Source of the DNA: Schmidtea polychroa
Lineage: Eukaryota
Reading direction: 5' to 3'
DNA: 64,000 bases
Assembly: GCA_044892525.1 (NCBI GenBank)
Contig: CM097885.1
Coordinates: 24,058,001 to 24,122,000 of the forward strand
How positions within the stretch are numbered: position 1 is the first letter of the stretch; each line of letters starts with the position of its first letter. The position numbers and the translations under genes are program-made. A model generated the notes under the pieces. It was not told the origin of the DNA. It saw nothing but the letters and a program-made list of their open reading frames with translations, and ran no database searches. Shown here one piece after another: positions 8,743 to 17,812 of this stretch.

Positions 8743-9753
8743 ATGAGTTCTTATATTCCATGTAATAGAGGTGGTGGAACAATAAAAACAGGGTTTAATA
8801 CAGAAGAAATATTAACTTTAACAGAAAATAAATATATTAATGAAAGAGGTGATTCAATGAAGGGTGATTTAATTTTAAATGGACACAAGATAAAAGAATT
8901 ATCTTTTCCAACTGATGAAGCTGATGCAGTTAATAAGAAATATGTAGATGGTGTTAAAAAATATACTGATTTAACAACAACAAGAATTGAAAGTTCATTA
9001 ACAACAAAAATTGATTCAATGGAATCAAAGCTTAATAATATCGAACAACGATTTAATGATAAATTTGACAAGTTACAAAGTCTGTTAACTGAACAAGTTG
9101 TAAAGTTAAATACTGCTATATTAAATTCTAAAGATAAACAAATTATGAATACTAAATTTAATAAAATATATAATATAATAAATGAGATGATTACATCATT
9201 TAATAAAAGAATTTCAAATTTAGAGTCTCATGGAACACACATTAACACCACACATAGTATTAGAAAAAGAGCTGCTGAATTAGAACAGAATAAAACATTA
9301 TTACCCCATACATATAAACATTTTATAGAACCAAGTTTAATAACAACAAACCGTAAAGAATGGGGTGTTTTTATGGTTGTAAAAATTATTGATCCTTATT
9401 TCTTTTTGTTTGATGATGATAATGAAAGAATGAAATGGTTTGTGAAATGTGATTATAATAGTAAGCTTGAAAAGGGTGATGTTATAATGACTAGTTATGA
9501 TTTACCACACGGAGATTGGTATGTTAATACTCATTCACATGGACTACATAAAGTTAAAAGTAAGAATATTCATTTTTCTAGTTCACTTGTACAATATATA
9601 GATTTAATATTTTATGAAAAAAAGGTTGATGTTGATGAAGTTCGTAAAGCATTGAGAGAATTGTATAAAGATATCCTCTCAACAAGAGTTTCTTTTGATA
9701 TCCGAGTATTGGTGCCAGATGGTGCTCAGAAGAATAAAGTCTTATTTTTTTAA
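8743..9753 (+). CDS. Fibre-like protein (tail-fibre base motif, coiled-coil stalk, unknown head)
   Basis: GDSMKGDLILNGHKIKELSFPTDEADAVNKKYVD motif, then heptad-rich residues ~75-165. Confidence 0.65.
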   Translation: MSSYIPCNRGGGTIKTGFNTEEILTLTENKYINERGDSMKGDLILNGHKIKELSFPTDEADAVNKKYVDGVKKYTDLTTTRIESSLTTKIDSMESKLNNIEQRFNDKFDKLQSLLTEQVVKLNTAILNSKDKQIMNTKFNKIYNIINEMITSFNKRISNLESHGTHINTTHSIRKRAAELEQNKTLLPHTYKHFIEPSLITTNRKEWGVFMVVKIIDPYFFLFDDDNERMKWFVKCDYNSKLEKGDVIMTSYDLPHGDWYVNTHSHGLHKVKSKNIHFSSSLVQYIDLIFYEKKVDVDEVRKALRELYKDILSTRVSFDIRVLVPDGAQKNKVLFF

Positions 9754-9761
9754 TTATTAAA

Positions 9762-10358
9762 ATGGAAGAAGTAAGAGAAGAAAAAATTTACCCAGAATTG
9801 AGATCATCAGGATATTATTCTTCCAAGGCCTCGGCTCCCACAGAACTTGAAATTATGAGAGTAAAAGAATTTAAATCAGAAACCTTACATTTACAAAATT
9901 TATTAAAGCATTATAAAAAAATTAAAAATAGATGGAATAAAGGGAATACAGTTTTAAAAGTTATAGGTTATTCTTTAGGATTTGCATCTGCAATATTAAC
10001 AGTTATTTTACCCATAACTTTACCAGTTGTTACTCTTGCACCTGTAATACTTGGAAGTATTTCTGTGGCTGATGGTTTCTTAACTGAAATAGTTTCATTA
10101 TCTTATACTTCTAAAAAGAAATGTTTATATAGAGAAGTTTGTTTATCAATAGAATTAGGAATCTCTAAATTATTTTTATTTCAATTAAAAGCTTTGGAAG
10201 ATGGAATCCTGACAGACGAAGAAATAATGAAATCAAATCAAATAATACAAGATATAAAGAATGAGGTTATAAGATTAAAAAGGGAGGGCATGGTGGCTAA
10301 TGTTATAAGTAATAAAAAAACATCTCGAGAAAAATGGTTAAAGAATTCTTACTTATAA
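9762..10358 (+). CDS. Polinton membrane protein (hydrophobic hairpin; possibly the adintovirus 'GasderminX' class)
   Basis: IYPEL..SAP N-terminus, basic helix, long hydrophobic segment VIGYSLGFASAILTVILPITLPVVTLAPVILGSISVA, KALEDGILTDEE. Confidence 0.6.
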   Translation: MEEVREEKIYPELRSSGYYSSKASAPTELEIMRVKEFKSETLHLQNLLKHYKKIKNRWNKGNTVLKVIGYSLGFASAILTVILPITLPVVTLAPVILGSISVADGFLTEIVSLSYTSKKKCLYREVCLSIELGISKLFLFQLKALEDGILTDEEIMKSNQIIQDIKNEVIRLKREGMVANVISNKKTSREKWLKNSYL

Positions 10359-10451
10359 AATGGGTGTATTTTTAAAAAGTAGATCAGGTTGCTATAGTTG
10401 CTTAAATTAATTGTCGACATTTTATTATTAAAAAATTAAATATCGTTGGTT

Positions 10452-13400
10452 TCAGTTATGGTTGAAAGCCAACCTATGAATCATTAATTTATGATCTTTA
10501 AATTCTTTATCACTTAGACCTTTTATATATTCAGGATCAGTATTAAAATATTTAAGTTCTAAACATATAGGATTAAAAACTTGAGAATATAAAGGTTTCT
10601 CGATTTCTCTCTCGGGATAAATAATTTCAACATTATAAATATCAAGATCAGTAATCTTTGTATCATATAACTTATTCAACTTTTCTAGATTTTTTATTAT
10701 AGGGATTAAATTATTTCCAATAGGTAGAGTTGTCTTTAAATCACTTAGTATGAATCTCTTATCATCATAATTTGATAATGATACTTTTTGAGATTCTATC
10801 AAGTGAATATCATGGTTTTCACTTTTAAGTTGATGTATTTCATCAATTTTATCTTTATGATTTGGATTCAATGTATCTATATAATCTTGATGAGAAAGAT
10901 TCTTTGCCACCACTCTCTGTATTCCTTTACATCTGTTATCCTTTACAGGTTTTTCTTCTTTAGGAAATATAGGATATCTATGTGTAATGGTTTCTTCTGT
11001 TTCTGGAGTTTTAAATATAAATGATCTAGTTATAAATTCAGGGTTTCTAAATGTTTCGTATGAATATTGTTTAGCACGAATAAATATTCCATTTTCTATA
11101 GGAGTAAAAGGTTTTTCATCTTTAAACGAAAATAGTTCTCCAGATGAATTTATTAAATTTGAAAGTATAGGATTTTCTTTCATATCTTTTTGTAAATCAT
11201 GAGTTCTTATTGTTAAAAACATTGAATCTGTATCCATTGCATGCATTGATATATTTGCTCCGTATATAGGTTGTAAGATGTTATAATATGTTTCATACAT
11301 TTGTAATTTTGAAAGTTCTAAAATTGTAAACCCTATAAATATTGGTTTGTTATATGTTTTCTCATAATTTTTTAATTCGACTGCAGTAAGATTTTCAGAA
11401 AATACTTGTGCGTTTTTAAATGTAGGCTTTCCTAGCATGCGATTATAACGCTTAATATCTTTGGTAGTATTTGTTAGGAGTTCAATATGAGTATATTTAT
11501 CAACATTCTCCATTGTTTTCCCAAAGACTGAATTGTTTAAAATTTTATAATTATTATCTTTAAAAAGATTACCTTCTCTTTTTGCAATGTTTCGGCACCT
11601 AATGTTCTCCTCGATAAAAGCTTTCATGAATGGAGCTTGTTTAAATCTTATGACACTATGAACTTTTTTTAATATCATTCCTCGTGAAAGATAAAATTGG
11701 AGGAGTCTATAGTGACAAAGATAAAACCTTCGATCTGTTTGATCACAAAGAAGTTTCATTGTTGGAGGTTTATCTTGTGAGATTTGCCATTCAGAAAGTT
11801 CGTTGATATCAATCTTTCTTCTTATGGGAGCTAAAGGAAAATATCTTGTTCCTGATTTTATATCATCTGGATAGTCGAGGTCGCATTCTATAAAGTAACC
11901 TATTGGAGAATCTTTCGATGTTGAAAGTATTTCTTTCATAAGGTCATCTGTTGGGTTCTCTATTTCAGTGAAATCACCCATTGGTAAAAATTGAGTCATA
12001 ATTCCTGAATATAAAGCTGTTGCATCTATATAAAGTATAAATATAGGATTTTTCATTGTTTCTAATAATTCTTTTAATTCCTCATTGTTAATTTTCATAT
12101 ATGGATCATCAGGGTGTTTAGATAGTCTTCGGCTAGTAGTTATTGCATTTCTAGCTTTTATTTCTCTATTCCCCATTACTGAAGAGACTCCTCCTCTAAT
12201 GTTTGTTTTAATTTGGTTAAACATATCGAGGTTAGTTAAAAGATCTATAATTTTATCACCTTCTTCTATATTTGAAGTCCAAATGGTATATAACATAGTA
12301 TCCCAAGCTAAAGAGGGTGCAGTTATATAATTATAAGGTTTAAGAACAAAAGATTTTGTAAATTCTTCAAAGCAATCTGCTAGAATATAAACATCCAAGG
12401 ATAAATACATACTTGTATATTCTCCTAAAGTTTTACACTTGAATAATTCCCACATTTTATTTGCTCGAGAATATTCTTGATTTGTAATATGATTTTTTTG
12501 AAGTTGTGAATAGAAATCTTCTTGGCTAGGAAGACATGTTTCATTATATCTTTCAAACGAGTCAACATAGTCATAAGGATATATTCCTTTTGCTAAACAT
12601 GTAGGATATTCTTCTAGAGGAATATTATTTTTTTCCAAGAATTCTCGAGTGATTTTAAAATTTTCTGGTTTCATTGTTTTTGCTACTGCATCTAAAGACA
12701 TTTGGAGAAAGTTTAACGAGTCTATAAATTTTAATTTTCCATATTCAATTGATTTATATTTTTCCTTTGTTAAGCCGATAACTTTGAAAGAGTTTTTAGC
12801 ATTTGCTGCGAGGTGTTTAATAAATAGATGTATGTCATATCCAAAAAGATTATTAAATATAACAGGTATAAATTTAGGAGTATGGCAATTAAGATTGCAA
12901 TTTTTATGAGCTGCTCCTCGATAATTATTTTCCTTTTTTAAATGATCATGATCTATAACTTTTTCATCAGGAAGAATATTCTGTTTACACATCCAACAGT
13001 TGGAAGTATTTTCATATTCTTGTTGTTGTTGATTAGAAATATTTTGAGGATACTTTGTTTTTAATATTTTAAATATTTCATGTTCTAGATCATTTATATT
13101 TTTAGTAAAATGATTCAAGACTTCTTCAGGGGTACCTCCTAGAATTGAATATTCTCTAGATTCTATGAGTTCAGGATAATTACTTTTAAATAATAATTTA
13201 TAAGCAGATGGTAATTGTTTAGTTTTTTTAACACTATTAGGTTTATTTCTTTTTCTTAGAAAGGCTTTCATCCTCTCTGGTTTCATCTTCTCTCCTGAGG
13301 AGTTCCATAAATCCATGAGTTTATTTTTTTCTATTATTTTTAAATATTGATAAACCAAATCTTGTTTATGGTTTATAGATTCAAAGTCACCATAAAGAAC

Positions 13401-14732
13401 TCCAACTGTTTGTAGTAAATTTGAAAAGTTTTTAAAATACATCTTGGGATTATTAGGCATTTTAATTAAAGCTGGATCATCTTTTTCACAAAATCTTGTA
13501 TGTTTAATCATAGAGATTTTAGTTGTTGAATAATGAAGACATCTTTTACATGTTCCTCCTCCACTAGTTGGATTCTCTGGAGATGTAAAAGCTTGAAAGT
13601 TTTTTATTAAAACATAATGTTGATTATTTTCTTGTTCCAAGATTAAAAGATATATCTCGTTGTCCTGTGCTCCGTTATCCTTGGTTCCACTATCTGAAAT
13701 ATAAATTGGAATAATTTCTTTCCCTATAACATGTTCATAAATATTAAGTTTAAGATTATTTAATTTTTCAAATTCTGGAATGTCTTCTAGTTTCATTGGG
13801 TGTTTGAATCCTTTGGGAAATATTAATTCATTTTCATATTGTTTGTATTTTGAAACTCTTTGGGGATTTGTTGCTTGAGGATGTAAATGTGCAAGTATTG
13901 ACCAGATGAAACATTTGTTATCATTATTCTGTACATTTATAACATTTTTAGATTTAAAGGGTGTAGGAATATAAGATTTAGGATTGGGTGGTAATCCTCT
14001 CCAATAATCAATCACTAAAGTTTGGAAAGAGTTGAATACTAAGTTTGAATCTCCTAATTCATTTTCTACTTCCTCTTGTTTTGCTTCTGCTGCTTTAATT
14101 ATTTCTTTGATGGTTTTATCAAATCCTTTAATTGAAAATAAATATTTAAAAGGTATTCCAATTTCAACATCTAAGGGTGTTGTCTTTTCTTCTGCTCCTC
14201 GCCAGTATTTTGCTTTGATTATAATTTTATATTTTATAACATTATACCTTGTCGGTTTATAAATTTTTAAAGCTTCAGTGAAAGAATTTTTAATATTTTT
14301 TTTATTTTTATTTATATATTCTCCAGGAGTTGCAGGCCCATTAATTTTTAATTGAAATTCATCTATATGATTAAAATTATCCCAGTTATACTTTTCTCTT
14401 TCAACATGATCAGGCTCTCCTTCTGAATGACATTCCTCATCGTCAGAATTTTGTTTTTTATTTTTACATTCTTTTATATGTTCTAAATAATAGAAATTTA
14501 GTTTTGTTGAAAAGTTACAATGAGGACATGTAAATATTTCTCTATTTTTCCCGATACAATTTTCAAAATGTTTATTATATCCAGAATGTAGAAATCTTCC
14601 TTTACATTTAAGACAAAGTTTTGAATTTGTATCATTAAGATTATTTTCTTTTAATAAATGAGCTTTCGATTTTAAGTGAGAAATTAATCCAGTTTTATTT
14701 TTAAAAACTTTATTGCAAATATTACAATTCAT
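10452..14732 (-). CDS. polB: Protein-primed family B DNA polymerase with N-terminal Zn fingers and an inserted endonuclease VII domain
   Basis: DNKCFIWSILA; ExoI YGDFES; EndoVII CWMC..DHDHL..YRGAAHKNCN; ExoII F(N/H)NLFGYD; KGIYPYDY; motif A YIDATALY, motif B KILNNSVFGKT, motif C MDTDS; start 14732 preferred because copy 2 lacks the upstream ATG. Confidence 0.96.
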   Translation of the reverse strand: MNCNICNKVFKNKTGLISHLKSKAHLLKENNLNDTNSKLCLKCKGRFLHSGYNKHFENCIGKNREIFTCPHCNFSTKLNFYYLEHIKECKNKKQNSDDEECHSEGEPDHVEREKYNWDNFNHIDEFQLKINGPATPGEYINKNKKNIKNSFTEALKIYKPTRYNVIKYKIIIKAKYWRGAEEKTTPLDVEIGIPFKYLFSIKGFDKTIKEIIKAAEAKQEEVENELGDSNLVFNSFQTLVIDYWRGLPPNPKSYIPTPFKSKNVINVQNNDNKCFIWSILAHLHPQATNPQRVSKYKQYENELIFPKGFKHPMKLEDIPEFEKLNNLKLNIYEHVIGKEIIPIYISDSGTKDNGAQDNEIYLLILEQENNQHYVLIKNFQAFTSPENPTSGGGTCKRCLHYSTTKISMIKHTRFCEKDDPALIKMPNNPKMYFKNFSNLLQTVGVLYGDFESINHKQDLVYQYLKIIEKNKLMDLWNSSGEKMKPERMKAFLRKRNKPNSVKKTKQLPSAYKLLFKSNYPELIESREYSILGGTPEEVLNHFTKNINDLEHEIFKILKTKYPQNISNQQQQEYENTSNCWMCKQNILPDEKVIDHDHLKKENNYRGAAHKNCNLNCHTPKFIPVIFNNLFGYDIHLFIKHLAANAKNSFKVIGLTKEKYKSIEYGKLKFIDSLNFLQMSLDAVAKTMKPENFKITREFLEKNNIPLEEYPTCLAKGIYPYDYVDSFERYNETCLPSQEDFYSQLQKNHITNQEYSRANKMWELFKCKTLGEYTSMYLSLDVYILADCFEEFTKSFVLKPYNYITAPSLAWDTMLYTIWTSNIEEGDKIIDLLTNLDMFNQIKTNIRGGVSSVMGNREIKARNAITTSRRLSKHPDDPYMKINNEELKELLETMKNPIFILYIDATALYSGIMTQFLPMGDFTEIENPTDDLMKEILSTSKDSPIGYFIECDLDYPDDIKSGTRYFPLAPIRRKIDINELSEWQISQDKPPTMKLLCDQTDRRFYLCHYRLLQFYLSRGMILKKVHSVIRFKQAPFMKAFIEENIRCRNIAKREGNLFKDNNYKILNNSVFGKTMENVDKYTHIELLTNTTKDIKRYNRMLGKPTFKNAQVFSENLTAVELKNYEKTYNKPIFIGFTILELSKLQMYETYYNILQPIYGANISMHAMDTDSMFLTIRTHDLQKDMKENPILSNLINSSGELFSFKDEKPFTPIENGIFIRAKQYSYETFRNPEFITRSFIFKTPETEETITHRYPIFPKEEKPVKDNRCKGIQRVVAKNLSHQDYIDTLNPNHKDKIDEIHQLKSENHDIHLIESQKVSLSNYDDKRFILSDLKTTLPIGNNLIPIIKNLEKLNKLYDTKITDLDIYNVEIIYPEREIEKPLYSQVFNPICLELKYFNTDPEYIKGLSDKEFKDHKLMIHRLAFNHN

Positions 14733-14838
14733 TTTTAGAAAAAAATTTTTTATTGGATACCCTGTTTTCATTTTATTTTTTAAGATTTATATTATTCATT
14801 TTTTATAATAAAAATTTAAAAAATGACAAAAAATCCAA

Positions 14839-14910
14839 ACCTTGATGGCGCAGTGGGCTAGACTGACACAGTGGTTCAAAATGCTAGCGGTTCAAATCAC
14901 ATCTGAGGTT
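14839..14910 (+). ncRNA. tRNA-like Pol III cassette 1 (right TIR, copy 1)
   Basis: A-box TGGCGCAGTGG 14846-14856, B-box GGTTCAAATC 14889-14898, acceptor-like stem ACCTTG/TGAGGT, 72 nt, T9 terminator at 14913-14921. Confidence 0.62.
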
Positions 14911-15088
14911 AGTTTTTTTTTCAACATAAAATAATATTAAAAATTTGAAAATAATATTGAAAATAGTGTGGGTATCTTATATTTATAAAGTACTTGTATA
15001 TTTTATTTTATTTATTTTATTTTATTTTATTTTTTTATTAATTAATTATTTTTTAAACATAAATATGAAAAAAAAAATATTGAAACGG

Positions 15089-15161
15089 GTGATGGTGGCG
15101 AACCGGTAATTATCGCCACCTGTCTTTCGAACACCCCCGGATCGATTCTTTAATGTGCACA
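15089..15161 (+). ncRNA. tRNA-like cassette 2 (right TIR, copy 1; mirrored in every TIR)
   Basis: A-box TGGCGAACCGG, D-stem GGTGGCGA/TCGCCACC, TGT-CTTTCGA-ACA anticodon-like arm, B-box-like GGATCGATTC. Confidence 0.45.
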
Positions 15162-17594
15162 TTTATTTCTCAGTTGTTTTCGGACCTCTTTCGAATTCGC
15201 TTTCGAATTCATTTGTACTTTCGAGCAGCACACTTAAAACGCCGATGAAATCGTATTCGAGCGAATAATAAGGTGTGCTGCTATTATCGGATTGATTCTG
15301 ATGTATGAGTCTGGCCAGCTTGTATATTGGAAGAGATTCGATAAACGAAAGAGATTGATAAATAAAAAAAATGATCCGGATCAAAAAAAACTGTTGAGGG
15401 GACAGTGAAAAAAAAAAAAATACCACTGTCCCCTCAGAGCAGTTTTACTATTTTTCATTTATTTTTTAATTTATATAATTTAAAATCAATAATCTGATAA
15501 AGATCAAATAGCCCTCTAACTTTTTCATAATGCCATTTTCTTTTCTCTTCTCTTTTTAGTTTGAAGCTTTTGAGTTTGAGGCTTTAAAGATTAAAACAGT
15601 TAGAGTCATTAAGGGTGGTTGTTTTCAAAATATAGGGTTAAAATACTATAAAAGTATAAGTTTTAGGTTGTTTTTCTAATAGCTTAAGTGATTTGGAGGC
15701 ATGTTTTTGTTGGGGGGCTGTTTTGGTTGGGTATATAACCACACTACTCAGGTAAGTTTGTGTGTTTCCATAATACAGTCAGTCTATTGAATTTCTTTGT
15801 ATAATATAACTTCTTATATATTGAAAGTAAATAAAAGAAAGAATTTTAAATTTATTATGACAAAGTTTGAATAATTGCAAGCTGTTGAGAAATGAAATTT
15901 TTTATGAAATAATTTTGTAAGATAATTTTAAATAGAAAGTTTTATGAAATAATTTTCAAAGGCAAAATTTAATACAAATTTTTATTAAATTAATTTCAAA
16001 GATCAATTTCAATTAATTTCTTCTACTAAAAATATTAGTAAACAAGGGTTATATTTGGTAAATAAGTAAATGAAGGGCTAAATTTTAAAAACTAGTAATA
16101 AACTTTGAAAGATAATGAGAATAATTTAATTTTAAGTAAATTAAGAGTCTAAAAATTGATCAAATTAAATTATGGGCTTTTATTTTTAAAAAAAAGTAAT
16201 CATTGTTCAAAGATTTTAAAAATTTAAGTAATATTTTTAAATTAAGTAAAATAAATAAAAATTTTAAATTAAAGTAAATTTTTAAATAAGTTAATTAAAG
16301 TAATAATTTTAATTTTATAATCAAAAAGTTTGAATGATAGGCAGCTTTTGAGAAATGAAAATCTTTAATGAAAGGTTTTATGAAATAATTTTTAAAGAAA
16401 ATTTAGATGCAAATTTCGCAAATAATAATTATAATAATAATAATAATAATAATAATAACTCAATCAAATACTTAACAACTAAAGACTTTATTAACAACAC
16501 ATAAAAAATAACTATAATAATAAATAAAAATTAACAAGACAGTGATAAAGATACAAAATTTATTCATCATTATATATTTGCTTATAATAAGCTTTTCTTA
16601 ATTCAGGAAGAAGAATATTTCTTAAATTCTTGTCAAAATCTAAAATTCAACCAGATACCTACAACCAAAATACTAACAAATATGTACTATCTAGGTATTA
16701 TTTACATTCAGATAATAAATACCAACTATCAGCTGCTAAGGATTTTTAACTAGGTACTAACAAATAAGTACCAAATACTTACAACTAAGAACTTACAACC
16801 AGATAGCTGCTACCATGTATTAACAACCAACAAACAACTAGCTACTAACAGATTAGTTTCAAAGATTATTTACTAACAATCAACAACAACCAACTAACTA
16901 GGTACCAGATACCAAATACTAAGTAACTCTCAAACAACCAGATACTAAAGACTTACAACCAGGTATTTACAATCAACTAAATATTCTTCATTGTATTTTA
17001 TCAAATGCTTTTTAAATAAATTAACCTTTTATATGTATTAAATTCAAAAATATATTTAATTACAATCAGTAGAAAAACATTTTCTGTCTAAGTCTAAATT
17101 TAACAAAAATATTGATTTTCGTCAAAAATGAATAATTATCAACTCAAACACTTTAAAACACCACGTTAAATTGAAAATAATTCAAATATTTTAAAATAAC
17201 AACGAAAGACTATAGAATTCTAATTTTTATTCACAAAAGATCTGCTCAACTTTTAATTGATTACTAATATTCGTACTGCCTTAAAACATTTATTAATGAA
17301 ATGTAATAAGATTATATTAATTGAAAATAGTCAATAATTTGCAATTTGTCATTAATCAGTTGTTGAAATCTAATTTTATGTTAACATGAAGAAAAAATCT
17401 TTGCCTATTTCACAAAGTAATTATAGCCTCTTGACATGAGTAAACTTTCTTATTAGGAATTCATTAACAAGTCATCTATATAGGGAAGAAGGCTTTCTAC
17501 ATTCATTCAATAACAGACAAATGTGAAATATAAACAGTAATATTAAATATAATAATGAATATTGGAACTCCATGTCGATTCCAATGCTGACACT

Positions 17595-17812
17595 TTACCA
17601 AAGACAATGACTTATCGATGACTCATCGTTTAAATGTGGGTACTGTTTTATTTTTTTGCACATCCCCCTTTCTGTATGACTCATCGATGACTTATCCTTT
17701 TTAGAACAAAGACAATGCATCATTTATTTTTAGAACAAAGACTCGTCAAACGATTCATCATCTATATTTTAGAACAGACTCATAAAACAGGACTCCACTA
17801 GAACAAAGATCT
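17595..17812. repeat. Cluster of short repeats with TGACTCA and TAGAACAAAGAC units
   Basis: Several GATGACTCATCG and TTTAGAACAAAGAC units; inverted paralogs at ~45355-45490 and ~53150-53370. Confidence 0.55.

Larger units (their letters stand above)
1120..15748. mobile_element. Polinton/Maverick (adintovirus-like) element, copy 1, full length
   Basis: Termini AGTAGTGTGG...CCACACTACT; CAGGTA duplicated at 1114-1119 and 15749-15754; empty sites (gcgCAGGTAagtttg) at 29437-29442 and, inverted, 55265-55270; ~940-bp TIRs; pPolB, rve integrase, ATPase, protease and capsid ORFs. Confidence 0.97.
14814..15748 (-). repeat. Right terminal inverted repeat of Polinton copy 1
   Basis: Near-perfect reverse complement of 1120-2063. 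Confidence 0.95.

Noticed and set aside
14839..14910. Functional tRNA gene (e.g. a TCA suppressor or Sec tRNA)
   Set aside because: T-stem and anticodon stem do not pair; kept only as a tRNA-like Pol III unit.
15240..15275. Possible hammerhead core (CCGATGA...CGAAT) inside the TIR stem-loop
   Set aside because: Deviates from CUGANGA/GAAA at essential positions and is changed to CCGTTGA in the variant TIR.
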